Below are positions 10,704-20,030 of a DNA stretch of 64,000 nucleotides, one piece after another. Source of the DNA: a virus; IMG/VR virus record IMGVR_UViG_3300005613_000004, one strand, 5' to 3'. A model generated the notes under the pieces. It did no database searches. It saw only the letters and a program-made list of their open reading frames with translations, and was not told where the DNA came from. The position numbers and the translations under genes are program-made. Numbering within the stretch: position 1 is the first letter of the stretch; each line of letters opens with the position of its first letter.

Positions 10704-11117
10704 ATGGAAGAAGAATTTTATTGTATCATAAAACTAGTGTCTGGTGAAGAAATATTTTCTTTAATTTCTACTGATGAAAATAATGGTGACCCATTAATAA
10801 TTCTTCAAAATCCAATAACAATAAAAATGATTGAATCTTCACAAGGTGTTTATATTAAAGTTAAATCTTGGTCTGAATTATCTAATGATGATATCTTTAT
10901 TATAAAACTTGATAAGGTTATATCTATGACAGAAACTAATGATCAACATCTAATAGATGTTTATAATAATTATATTACTGATGAAGAAATAGGATTTAAT
11001 TCTTATGAAGGAGGTAAAATAAAACCTTCTAGAAAGATGGGATATCTTTCTTCAGTAGAAGATGCTCGTAAGTCTCTAGAAAACCTTTACAATCTTAAAG
11101 ATACTAAAGAAAGCTAA
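10704..11117 (+). CDS. Conserved hypothetical protein (possible Sm-like fold)
   Basis: IIKLVSGEEIF N-terminus; uvsW-g55 synteny. Confidence 0.7.
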   Translation: MEEEFYCIIKLVSGEEIFSLISTDENNGDPLIILQNPITIKMIESSQGVYIKVKSWSELSNDDIFIIKLDKVISMTETNDQHLIDVYNNYITDEEIGFNSYEGGKIKPSRKMGYLSSVEDARKSLENLYNLKDTKES

Positions 11118-11144
11118 GCCCTTCTCTTCAAACCTAACAAAGGT

Positions 11145-11173
11145 ATTCTACTCATAATTCTCAATGCTGTCAA
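11145..11173 (-). promoter_or_regulatory. Antisense sigma70-type promoter
   Basis: Minus strand TTGACA (11173-11168), 17 nt spacer, TAGAAT (11150-11145). Confidence 0.6.
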
Positions 11174-11228
11174 GCCCTAAAAGTGTGCTATAATAAAAAG
11201 AACTTATAAAATTAAAGAGTAATGACTT

Positions 11229-11753
11229 ATGCCCAAAAAGAAATCAGAACATTATGTAAACAATAAAGAATTGTTGGAAGCAATGATTAATTATCGTGCA
11301 AGGATAGAAGTATCATATAAAAAGACTTTCAATAAAGATCTCACTGAACTTCCAAAACAAGAGAGGGGAAAGAATTGGGAAGGTAAACCACCCATTCCAA
11401 ACTATCTTGGTGAATGCTTTCTCAAGATTGCAACTCATCTTTCATATAAACCGAACTTTGTGAACTATATGTTTCGTGAAGATATGATTTCCGATGGGAT
11501 TGAGAATTGTGTCCAATACATTCATAACTTTGACCCAGAGAAGTCAAAAAACCCCTTTGCATACTTTACTCAAATTATTCATTATGCCTTCTTGAGACGC
11601 ATTCAGAAGGAGAAGAAGCAACTTGATATCAAGACTAAAATTATTGAAAAGACTGGTTTTGATGAGGTTATGGTTGTTGACGATAGCTTGCTTTCTGGAC
11701 ATAGTTCGGAGTATAATGGGATCAAAGATGCTATCCAATATAGAAATCGTTAA
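11229..11753 (+). CDS. g55: Late-transcription sigma factor
   Basis: HYVNNKELL, NYMFREDMISDGIENC, NPFAYFTQI. Confidence 0.95.
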   Translation: MPKKKSEHYVNNKELLEAMINYRARIEVSYKKTFNKDLTELPKQERGKNWEGKPPIPNYLGECFLKIATHLSYKPNFVNYMFREDMISDGIENCVQYIHNFDPEKSKNPFAYFTQIIHYAFLRRIQKEKKQLDIKTKIIEKTGFDEVMVVDDSLLSGHSSEYNGIKDAIQYRNR

Positions 11754-11757
11754 CAAA

Positions 11758-12792
11758 ATGAAAATTGGCGTTATTACTGATACTCACTGGACGGCGAGAA
11801 AATCTTCTCGACACCTGCATGATTATTTTCAGATGTTTTATGACAATGTTTTCTTTCCTGCCTTAGAGGAGCATGGAGTAGATACTATTATCCATATGGG
11901 CGATGCTTTTGATAATCGTAAGAGTATAGATTTTTGGGGACTTGAGTGGACTCGAAGAGTTGTATTAGAACCACTTAAGAAATACAAAGTTCATATGATT
12001 ATTGGAAATCACGATACTTATTTTAAAGATAGTAATAATGTCAATTCTCCAGAACTTCTTTTACAAGACTATCCGAATATTAAAACATATAGTTCTCCAA
12101 CAAATACCAAAGTTGGTGATACTGATATGACCTTTATTCCTTGGATTTGTAGTGAAAACTATGATGAAACCCTGAAAGTTATTAAAAAATCTAAAGCAAA
12201 AGTTGCTTTTGGTCATTTAGAACTCAACGGATTTAGAGCGCATCGCGGACACATCATGGAAGACGGTATGGACAGCAAATTATTTGGCAAGTTCCACAAA
12301 GTCTTTTCAGGTCACTACCATACACGATCAGATGATGGACGAATCTTCTACTTAGGAAATCCTTATGAAATGTTTTGGAATGATGTGAATGATCCAAGAG
12401 GTTTTCATATTTTTGATACAGAAACTCTTTCTCATACTCCAATTAATAATCCTTATAAATTATTTCATATTATCTATTATGAAGATACTGACTATAAACT
12501 GTTTAATACTTCTGAATATGAAAATAAGATTGTAAAGGTTATCGTTCGTAAGAAAACTAAACCAAAAAATTTTGAAAAGTTTATAGACAAACTTTATTCA
12601 GCAGGAATTCAAGATCTTAAGATTATTGAAAATTTTGAAATACAAGAATCTTCGGATTTTGAAATTGATGAGGAAGAAAATACAATTTCTATTCTCAATC
12701 GTTATATTGATGAAGCAGAATTTGAATTTGATAAAAATATAATTAAAGGTATCTTTCAAGATTTGTACAGACAAGCTTGCGAAGTGGAGTAA
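11758..12792 (+). CDS. g47: Recombination endonuclease subunit (SbcD/Mre11-like)
   Basis: TDTH, GDAFDNRK, GNHD, GHYH phosphoesterase motifs; start moved to ATG 11758. Confidence 0.94.
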   Translation: MKIGVITDTHWTARKSSRHLHDYFQMFYDNVFFPALEEHGVDTIIHMGDAFDNRKSIDFWGLEWTRRVVLEPLKKYKVHMIIGNHDTYFKDSNNVNSPELLLQDYPNIKTYSSPTNTKVGDTDMTFIPWICSENYDETLKVIKKSKAKVAFGHLELNGFRAHRGHIMEDGMDSKLFGKFHKVFSGHYHTRSDDGRIFYLGNPYEMFWNDVNDPRGFHIFDTETLSHTPINNPYKLFHIIYYEDTDYKLFNTSEYENKIVKVIVRKKTKPKNFEKFIDKLYSAGIQDLKIIENFEIQESSDFEIDEEENTISILNRYIDEAEFEFDKNIIKGIFQDLYRQACEVE

Positions 12793-13061
12793 TGTTTCTT
12801 CTCACCATTAAAAATAAAAAAAGTGATGGAGCTTATGCAGTTTCAGATCTACATGGAAGTAAAGTTTTGTTTTTATTTGAGGAAGAAGATGATGCGAAAA
12901 GATATGCATTAATGTTGATGGAAAATGAAAATATAGAAATGGACGTAGTAGAAGTTGATGATGACCTTGCATTGAAAGCATGTAAAATGTATAATTACAA
13001 GTATAGTGTAATTACCCCAAACGATATTGTAATCCCTCCCACTCATAATGATAATCTTTAA
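12792..13061 (+). CDS. Conserved hypothetical protein
   Basis: LFLFEEEDDAKRYA; sits between g47 and g46 with coupled start. Confidence 0.7.
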   Translation: MFLLTIKNKKSDGAYAVSDLHGSKVLFLFEEEDDAKRYALMLMENENIEMDVVEVDDDLALKACKMYNYKYSVITPNDIVIPPTHNDNL

Positions 13062-14763
13062 AAAACTTCGTTATAAAAACTTCTTGTCATCCGGAAATCA
13101 GTTTACTGATATTGATTTCCTAAAACATCAAACAAATTTGATCGTGGGTACAAATGGAGCAGGTAAAAGTACTTGTTTAGATGCTCTTACTTTTGTTCTT
13201 TTTAATAAACCTTTTCGCAAAATTAATAAACCTCAACTTGTAAATACTACAAACGATAGAGACTGTTTAGTTGAGATTGAGTTTGATTTGAACGGGAAAG
13301 AATATCTTGTTCGTCGTGGTATTAAACCAAATGTATTCGATATTGAAGTAAATGGAACTCCTCTTCATAAAGAGTCGGATGATAGGGCAAATCAACGTAT
13401 TCTTGAAGAAAACATTCTTAAAGTAAATTATAAGTCTTTTACACAAATTGTAATTTTGGGTAGTAGTACTTTTGTTCCTTTTATGCAATTGACGACTTCT
13501 AATCGTCGTGAAGTTATTGAAGATCTTTTGGATATTCGTATTTTTTCTGCAATGAATGGAATTCTTAAAGATAAGATGCGTGAGAAGAAAGAAAAAATAA
13601 AATCTTTATCTTTGAAAAAAGAAACTATCAAAGATAAAATAAAGATGCAACAAGAATTCATTGAAGAACTTGAGAATCGTGGTAATGCCAATATAAATGC
13701 AAATAAAGAAAAAATTGCCAATTTAGATAGTGAAGTTGGTAATTATATGGATACTAATCAAAACTTGGAAGAAAAAATAAAAGTACTTCAAATCGATCTT
13801 GAGAATCTTCAAGGTGCTGGTGATAAGTTAATAAAACTAAACAATCTTAGGGGAAAAATATCTCAAAAAGTAAGCACAATCACTAAAGAACATAAATTTT
13901 TTACTGAAAATACGGTATGCCCTACATGCACTCAAGACATTGAGGAAGAATTTCGTTTAAATAGAATTAGTGATGCTCAAAATAAAGCTAGAGAACTTAA
14001 AGATGGTTATGATGAACTTGAAAAAACTATTAAGTTGGAGCAAGAACGAGAGCATCAATTCAATGCTTTATCTAAGGAGATAACAAAAGTAACACATGGT
14101 ATTTCTCAAAACAATACTCGTATTTCTCTCAATCAAAGACAAATCAGAGATCTTGAACATGAAATTCAAACTACTACCAATCAATTACAAAACAGAAATA
14201 TTGAACATGAGAAATTAGAAGAGTTTCGAGAAAATTTTCAAAAAATAATAGAAGATCTTTCAGATAAAAAACAAGAAATTGTACATTATGATTTTGCTTA
14301 TTCTTTACTTAAGGATGATGGTGTGAAGACAAAGATTATCAAAAAGTATCTTCCATTCATAAATCAACAAGTAAATCGTTATCTCCAGATGATGGATTTT
14401 TACATTAATTTCAAACTTAGTGAAGAATTTGATGAAACTGTTGAATCTCCGATACATGAAAATTTTTCATATTCATCTTTTAGTGAAGGAGAAAAGGCAC
14501 GTATAGACCTTGCATTACTTTTTACTTGGCGTGAAGTTGCAAGAATGAAAAATTCTGCAAATTGTAATATTCTCATATTTGATGAAGTTTTTGATGGTTC
14601 TCTTGATGGTTTTGGTGCTGATGAGTTTCTGAAGATTATTCGTTATGTTGTTAAAGATACTAATGTTTTTGTAATTTCACATAAATCTGATCTTCAAGAT
14701 AAGTTTGACTCTACTATTAAATTTGAGAAGAAGAGTGGATTTTCTTATAAGACTGAACTTTAA
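13048..14763 (+). CDS. g46: Recombination endonuclease ATPase subunit (SbcC/Rad50-like)
   Basis: GTNGAGKS, CPTC zinc hook, FSEGEKARID, DEVFD. Confidence 0.96.
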   Translation: MIIFKKLRYKNFLSSGNQFTDIDFLKHQTNLIVGTNGAGKSTCLDALTFVLFNKPFRKINKPQLVNTTNDRDCLVEIEFDLNGKEYLVRRGIKPNVFDIEVNGTPLHKESDDRANQRILEENILKVNYKSFTQIVILGSSTFVPFMQLTTSNRREVIEDLLDIRIFSAMNGILKDKMREKKEKIKSLSLKKETIKDKIKMQQEFIEELENRGNANINANKEKIANLDSEVGNYMDTNQNLEEKIKVLQIDLENLQGAGDKLIKLNNLRGKISQKVSTITKEHKFFTENTVCPTCTQDIEEEFRLNRISDAQNKARELKDGYDELEKTIKLEQEREHQFNALSKEITKVTHGISQNNTRISLNQRQIRDLEHEIQTTTNQLQNRNIEHEKLEEFRENFQKIIEDLSDKKQEIVHYDFAYSLLKDDGVKTKIIKKYLPFINQQVNRYLQMMDFYINFKLSEEFDETVESPIHENFSYSSFSEGEKARIDLALLFTWREVARMKNSANCNILIFDEVFDGSLDGFGADEFLKIIRYVVKDTNVFVISHKSDLQDKFDSTIKFEKKSGFSYKTEL

Positions 14764-14803
14764 TATTTTATAAATAATTATAGTTCAGTTCTCATTTAGT
14801 TCA

Positions 14804-15448
14804 GTGTATAGTCTTTATTGTATTGAAAATAAAATTACGGGGCAAAAATATATTGGTATAACTTCCCTTAAACCAGAAGAGCGTTGGAAAAAACATCAAT
14901 ATGCTTATAAAACTGAAAAGAAAAAAAATGATTGCCCAAAATTTTATAACTCTATTAGAAAATATGGAATTGAAAATTTTGAATTATCTGTTTTAGATCG
15001 GAGTGAAGATGCTTCTTATATTGAAAATTTGGAAATAAAGTATATTTCTGAAAATTCTAATTTATTAAATGTTTCTCCTGGTGGTGGGGGAATGACTATA
15101 AATTCTGGTTGGAAACACTCTCCAGAAACAATAGAAAAATTGAAAGAAAAAACACCACCAATGTTAGGTAAAAAACACTCTCCAGAAACTATTGAAAAAA
15201 TGAAAGGTGATCCCAGAAGAAAAAACTCTGGAGAAAGAAATGGAATGTATGGAAAAAATCAAAGTGATGAGTTTAAGAAAAATATGAGTTTGAGAATGAG
15301 AGAAAATAATCCAATGAAGGGAAAAACTCATTCACCAGAAACCAGAGAAAAAATTCGTCAGGCAGCGTTGAATAGAAGTAAAAAGAAGACACTTTCTCAA
15401 CTGGACTCCTTGACCTCTGAAAACATAGATAGTAAAGTGTCTTCATAG
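14804..15448 (+). CDS. Free-standing GIY-YIG homing endonuclease with NUMOD3 repeats (Seg-like)
   Basis: SLY...KYIG, R and E/N catalytic pattern, three HSPET(I/R)EK repeats; GTG start behind a late promoter. Confidence 0.85.
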   Translation: MYSLYCIENKITGQKYIGITSLKPEERWKKHQYAYKTEKKKNDCPKFYNSIRKYGIENFELSVLDRSEDASYIENLEIKYISENSNLLNVSPGGGGMTINSGWKHSPETIEKLKEKTPPMLGKKHSPETIEKMKGDPRRKNSGERNGMYGKNQSDEFKKNMSLRMRENNPMKGKTHSPETREKIRQAALNRSKKKTLSQLDSLTSENIDSKVSS

Positions 15449-15459
15449 ACCAAAGAACA

Positions 15460-15606
15460 ATGCACGTCCCAAACTGGAAACACAACTCTGGCAAAGAGCA
15501 AAAACGAAAACTCAAACCACAAGCAATGAGAGCACGAAAAGAGGCACTCAGACACTTCAAGAACCGCCACATGACCTCCCCCAAAAAGGGAGGTTCTTTT
15601 GTATAG
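15460..15606 (+). CDS. Small basic protein (48 aa), not in ORF track
   Basis: MHVPNWKHNSGKEQKRKLKPQAMRARKEALRHFK...; preceded by TTGACC-17-TAAAGT (15410-15438). Confidence 0.6.
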   Translation: MHVPNWKHNSGKEQKRKLKPQAMRARKEALRHFKNRHMTSPKKGGSFV

Positions 15607-15628
15607 TAGTTTCATACGCAACAAATCA

Positions 15629-17761
15629 ATGAGTGTAAACCACGAAATTAAGTCGCAACTTGCAAAACTTCTTGCCACTGAAGACCTTGTAGTGGAGCAC
15701 AAACGAGTTGAGACTGCTTGTTTTAATGTTCATAGTCGTGTTCTAACTCTTCCGATGTGGGAAGGTGCTACGATTGAAATTTACGATATGCTGGTAGCAC
15801 ATGAGGTGGGTCATGCACTTTATACTCCAGATCGTGATTGGATTAAAGAATACAAAATCTCTCCACAGTTTGTGAATGTTGTGGAAGATGTTCGTATTGA
15901 GAAATTGATGAAGCGTCGTTATGCTGGCATCTGTAAGACTTTTTATCATGGTTATAGTGATTTATTTGATGAGGATTTCTTTGGGATTGAGTCTCAAGAT
16001 GTGAGCAAAATGAATCTTGCCGACCGGGTAAATCTTCACTTTAAGATTGGTAACTTTGTTGATATTCCTTTTGATGAGTATATTGAGATGCCAATTGTTC
16101 GTATGATTGAGGGTTGTGAGGATTTTGATGATGTTCTGATTGCTGCACAAGTACTTTATAAGTATTGTCAGGAGCAGATGGATACTGAAACCAAGACTGA
16201 TATGGATTCTATGGAATTTGGAAGTCAAGGTTCTACAGAGAAAAATATTGATCAAGAAGGATCTGGAGAATCTGAAAATACTAAAGAAAATGCAGATCAA
16301 GAAAATGCAGAGCAAGAAAATGTAGAACAAGATGATGCCGATTTGAATACTCCAAATTATCAACAGGGTGGTGAAACTAATCAAGATCCTCAAGTGAATA
16401 CCATGAATTCGCTTGAAGAATCTATCAAAGATCTTGTGAATATGGAAGGTATTGAAAATGTTTATCTTGAAATTCCCAAATTAGATATTGAAAAAATTAT
16501 TGTTGCCAACTCCACAATTCATGATTCTTGTCATGAACTTTGGGATAATTATCATGACATGTCTGTATTTGAGCAAGTTGATCTTGAATTTTTGAAGTTT
16601 AAGAAATCTGCACAAAAAGAAGTTAATTATCTTGTCAAAGAATTTGAGTGTAAAAAGTCTGCTGATAGTTATGCTCGTGCTAATACTTCCAAGACTGGAG
16701 TTCTTGATTGTGCCAAACTTCATACCTACAAATATAACGAAGATCTTTTCAAAAAAGTGACTACTCTTGCTGATGGCAAGAATCATGGTCTGATGTTTAT
16801 TCTTGATTGGTCTGGTTCTATGGGTGAAGTTATGTTAGATACCGTGAAGCAACTTTTTAATCTGGTTTGGTTCTGCAAAAAAGTTGGTATTCCTTTCGAT
16901 GTTTATGCCTTTACTAATGAATATCCTATTGTATCTAAAGATGAAAATGATAAACCAGTTCTCCGAGAACCTTCATATCAAAAGAAAGATGGGTTGATGC
17001 AAGTTGGTGAATGGTTTTCACTGATGAATGTCCTGACTCATAAAACTAACTCTAAAACTTTAGATCAACAGATAAAGCATATTTTTCGTCTTGCTTGGTA
17101 TTTTGGACGTTATTCGATATATCAAATTCCTATTGGCATGGGTCTTTCTGGTACTCCTTTGAATGAGTCGATGGTTGCACTTCATCAAATTATCCCTCAA
17201 TTTAAAAAAGAAAATAAACTTCAAAAAGTACAGTGTGTTGTGTTGACTGATGGTGAAGGATGTTCATTAAAATATCATCGTGAAATTCGCAGAAACTGGG
17301 AAACTGAACCTTTCTTGGGAACTGCTTCTATTGGGAAACATTGTTTTTTGAGAGATCGTAAGATTGGTAGTACTTATAACTTGGGTGATAATTGGTCTGA
17401 TATGACTTATATTCTTCTTAAAAATCTTAAAGATAAATTTGTAGATACAAACTTTATTGGTATTCGTGTACTTCAATCTCGTGATGCTGGATCTTTTATT
17501 ACTCAAAATGTTGGATGGGATAATTTTGAGTTGCGTGAAAAAATTAAAATGCAATTTAAGAAAGAGAAAGCATTTGCACTTAAGACAACTGGATATCATA
17601 CTTATTTTGGACTTTCTGCAAGTGCCCTTGCGAATGAATCTCAGTTTGATGTAGATGAAGATGCATCAAAGGCACAAATTAAAAAATCTTTTATGAAAAG
17701 TCTTCAAAATAAAAAAATGAATAAAAAGATTTTGAATGAGTTTGTAGACCTTATTATCTGA
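15629..17761 (+). CDS. Metallopeptidase-like plus vWA (CobT-like) protein
   Basis: HEVGH zinc motif, acidic linker, LDWSGSM and LTDG MIDAS motifs. Confidence 0.85.
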   Translation: MSVNHEIKSQLAKLLATEDLVVEHKRVETACFNVHSRVLTLPMWEGATIEIYDMLVAHEVGHALYTPDRDWIKEYKISPQFVNVVEDVRIEKLMKRRYAGICKTFYHGYSDLFDEDFFGIESQDVSKMNLADRVNLHFKIGNFVDIPFDEYIEMPIVRMIEGCEDFDDVLIAAQVLYKYCQEQMDTETKTDMDSMEFGSQGSTEKNIDQEGSGESENTKENADQENAEQENVEQDDADLNTPNYQQGGETNQDPQVNTMNSLEESIKDLVNMEGIENVYLEIPKLDIEKIIVANSTIHDSCHELWDNYHDMSVFEQVDLEFLKFKKSAQKEVNYLVKEFECKKSADSYARANTSKTGVLDCAKLHTYKYNEDLFKKVTTLADGKNHGLMFILDWSGSMGEVMLDTVKQLFNLVWFCKKVGIPFDVYAFTNEYPIVSKDENDKPVLREPSYQKKDGLMQVGEWFSLMNVLTHKTNSKTLDQQIKHIFRLAWYFGRYSIYQIPIGMGLSGTPLNESMVALHQIIPQFKKENKLQKVQCVVLTDGEGCSLKYHREIRRNWETEPFLGTASIGKHCFLRDRKIGSTYNLGDNWSDMTYILLKNLKDKFVDTNFIGIRVLQSRDAGSFITQNVGWDNFELREKIKMQFKKEKAFALKTTGYHTYFGLSASALANESQFDVDEDASKAQIKKSFMKSLQNKKMNKKILNEFVDLII

Positions 17762-17790
17762 TAAATATTTTTATATTACAGGTAATAAAA

Positions 17791-18087
17791 ATGTCCAGAT
17801 TTGGAGACTTAATACGGGGTACATCAAAAAAATCTACCGAAGATACTACTTCAAAACCTTCAGTGTCGGAAGTTGTAGAATCTCCTATTATTGATGAAGA
17901 TGCTACAAATCATGAATATGCTGTTGAAGAAGATGTTGAAACTTTCCCATGTGAAAGTGACGTATCACTTCATGATATGACAAAGAATGAACTTGAGGAG
18001 TACGGTCGAACTGTCGGTATTGAGTTGGATAAAAGAAGATCCAAGAAAAGGTTGATTGAGGATTTGGAAAACTACTTGTGCCAGTGA
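17791..18087 (+). CDS. Hypothetical protein with C-terminal Rho-N/HeH-like helical motif
   Basis: LHDMTKNELEEYGRTVGIELDKRRSKKRLIEDL. Confidence 0.6.
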   Translation: MSRFGDLIRGTSKKSTEDTTSKPSVSEVVESPIIDEDATNHEYAVEEDVETFPCESDVSLHDMTKNELEEYGRTVGIELDKRRSKKRLIEDLENYLCQ

Positions 18088-18100
18088 GTAAACTGTCTAT

Positions 18101-18125
18101 AGAGGGTCGCAAGACCCTCTTTTTT
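18101..18125 (+). terminator. Rho-independent terminator
   Basis: AGAGGGTC-GCAA-GACCCTCT plus T tract. Confidence 0.85.
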
Positions 18126-18165
18126 GCATTATAATAACTTCAGTTGAAACAAACAAAGCAACATC

Positions 18166-19284
18166 ATGTCTCTTTCTGCTGACTACATTCGTACCTCTCT
18201 TCAAGAACTTTTTGGTGAATCTGTAACAGCATCTGATATTCGTGGATGGTGTGCCATGAATGGATCTAACTATCAGACTATCACTAACAAACTTTCTGAT
18301 TATAAAGTTGGTCGTGGTAAATGGAATCTTGAAGTGACCCAAGAAAAAGTGGAACAAATTGAACGTACATATCAAGCACCTGCCGCACTTCCTTCAATCG
18401 AACAAAATCTTATTCCTGATAAAGATGATACCTTCGTCAAGTTTGGTAATTTTCTCGATCTTAAAAAGATCATTCAGTCCCGTCTATTCTATCCGACGTT
18501 CATTACAGGACTTTCTGGTAATGGCAAAACGTTCAGTGTTGAGCAGTCGTGTGCTCAACTCGGACGAGAATTGATCCGAGTAAATATCACTATTGAAACT
18601 GATGAAGATGATCTTATTGGTGGTTTTCGTCTTGTAGATGGGGCAACAGTTTGGCATAATGGACCTGTCGTTGAAGCACTCCAGAGAGGAGCTATTTTGT
18701 TACTTGATGAAATTGACCTTGCTTCAAACAAAATCCTCTGTCTTCAGTCCATCCTTGAAGGTAAGGGTGTATTTTTGAAAAAGATTGGCAAGTATGTCAA
18801 ACCCACAGAAGGGTTCAATATTATTGCTACTGCAAACACTAAAGGTAAAGGTAGTGATGATGGTCGATTTATTGGAACTAACGTGCTCAATGAAGCATTT
18901 CTCGAACGTTTTCCTGTAACTTTTGAGCAACAATATCCCACTCCAGCAACAGAGCAAAAGATTCTTGAAGGTATTGCTCTGAATTTGGGTGTAGAAGATC
19001 GTGACTTCTGTAAGCGTCTTGTGGATTGGGGTGACATCATTCGTAAGACCTTCTATGATGGAGGTATTGATGAGATTATCAGCACTCGTCGTTTGGTTCA
19101 CATCATTCGTGCCTATTCCATCTTTGGTGATAAAGCAAAGGCAATTCAAGTTTGTGTAAATCGTTTTGATGATGAAACCAAGCAGGCATTTCTTGAACTC
19201 TATGATAAAGTTGATGCCGATTTTCAGATGCCTTCTGAAGATCAGCAGACTAAAGAATATCTTGACTCTATCAGCTTCTCCTGA
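18166..19284 (+). CDS. cobS: CobS-like MoxR AAA+ ATPase
   Basis: GLSGNGKT, LLDEID, TANTKGKGSDDGRF. Confidence 0.9.
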   Translation: MSLSADYIRTSLQELFGESVTASDIRGWCAMNGSNYQTITNKLSDYKVGRGKWNLEVTQEKVEQIERTYQAPAALPSIEQNLIPDKDDTFVKFGNFLDLKKIIQSRLFYPTFITGLSGNGKTFSVEQSCAQLGRELIRVNITIETDEDDLIGGFRLVDGATVWHNGPVVEALQRGAILLLDEIDLASNKILCLQSILEGKGVFLKKIGKYVKPTEGFNIIATANTKGKGSDDGRFIGTNVLNEAFLERFPVTFEQQYPTPATEQKILEGIALNLGVEDRDFCKRLVDWGDIIRKTFYDGGIDEIISTRRLVHIIRAYSIFGDKAKAIQVCVNRFDDETKQAFLELYDKVDADFQMPSEDQQTKEYLDSISFS

Positions 19285-19290
19285 TATAAT
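19262..19290 (+). promoter_or_regulatory. sigma70-type early promoter
   Basis: TTGACT-17-TATAAT. Confidence 0.75.
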
Positions 19291-19295
19291 AAAAT

Positions 19296-19790
19296 ATGAC
19301 TAATTCTTGGTCCATGCTTTACGATGAAATTTTAAAAATGAACGAAACTATTGATGATGGTATGCGTCCTTGGGGGCACAGTGATCATGAATTTTTGATT
19401 GCCAATCCAAATATGAATAATATTATTATGGATGATATTAATATGAATAATATTAGTACGGATAGTATTATTATGGATAATATTATTCCAAATTCTCCTG
19501 CAAATCCTTGGAAATATAATGAAGAAGAAATTTTGAAAGAACTTCTTGAGTATATTCGAGGAACATATAGTCAACATTATTCTGCTGGTGATGATAAAAT
19601 TCAAACTTTAGATTTGATTGAAGCATGTGGTGATGGGGAGGCATTTTGTCGATCTAATATCCTTAAATATGCTTCTCGGTATGATAAAAAAGGTAGTGCT
19701 CGTATGGACATTATGAAAGTTCTACATTATGCTGTACTTTTGATGCATTTTAATGATAAGAATGCAAAACGTGAAACTTACAACCAATGA
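19296..19790 (+). CDS. Conserved hypothetical protein (DUF3310-like C-terminus)
   Basis: YSQHY...FCRSNILKYASRYDKKG...DIMKVLHY. Confidence 0.7.
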   Translation: MTNSWSMLYDEILKMNETIDDGMRPWGHSDHEFLIANPNMNNIIMDDINMNNISTDSIIMDNIIPNSPANPWKYNEEEILKELLEYIRGTYSQHYSAGDDKIQTLDLIEACGDGEAFCRSNILKYASRYDKKGSARMDIMKVLHYAVLLMHFNDKNAKRETYNQ

Positions 19791-20030
19791 CAATGAATCC
19801 ATCTCAAACTATAGTGTTGACATTCGATGAAATCAATGCTCTTCTTGGTTACATTGATCATGTAACAGAGTGTAATCCTGAAAAATGGTTTTCTGATGTT
19901 TCTGAAGAAGAAAATGAGTATTGGAAAAGAGATGCAACTCTTTCCGTATACAAAAAACTCCTCCAACGCAGTAACTATATTTACAGGAATCATGATTATG
20001 AAACTCTCTGAAAAAACTTACAACCAATGA
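19774..20030 (+). repeat. 17-bp direct repeat AAACTTACAACCAATGA
   Basis: Copies at 19774-19790 and 20014-20030. Confidence 0.85.
19787..20011 (+). CDS. Hypothetical protein between direct repeats
   Basis: 74 aa ORF starting in the ATGA overlap. Confidence 0.55.
   Translation: MTMNPSQTIVLTFDEINALLGYIDHVTECNPEKWFSDVSEEENEYWKRDATLSVYKKLLQRSNYIYRNHDYETL

Noticed and set aside
11623-11757. Longer ORF-track starts for g47 (also 15599, 26297, 30999, 40532)
   Set aside because: Overlap upstream genes or regulatory RNA; downstream ATGs match family N-termini and the SD position
18166-19284. cobS as evidence for cobalamin synthesis
   Set aside because: No CobN or other cob genes; MoxR-vWA context is the better explanation
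19400-19490. Imperfect ATATGAATAATATTA repeats (MNNII/MDDIN)
   Set aside because: Low-complexity in-frame expansion in a variable linker; not CRISPR-like and has no spacers
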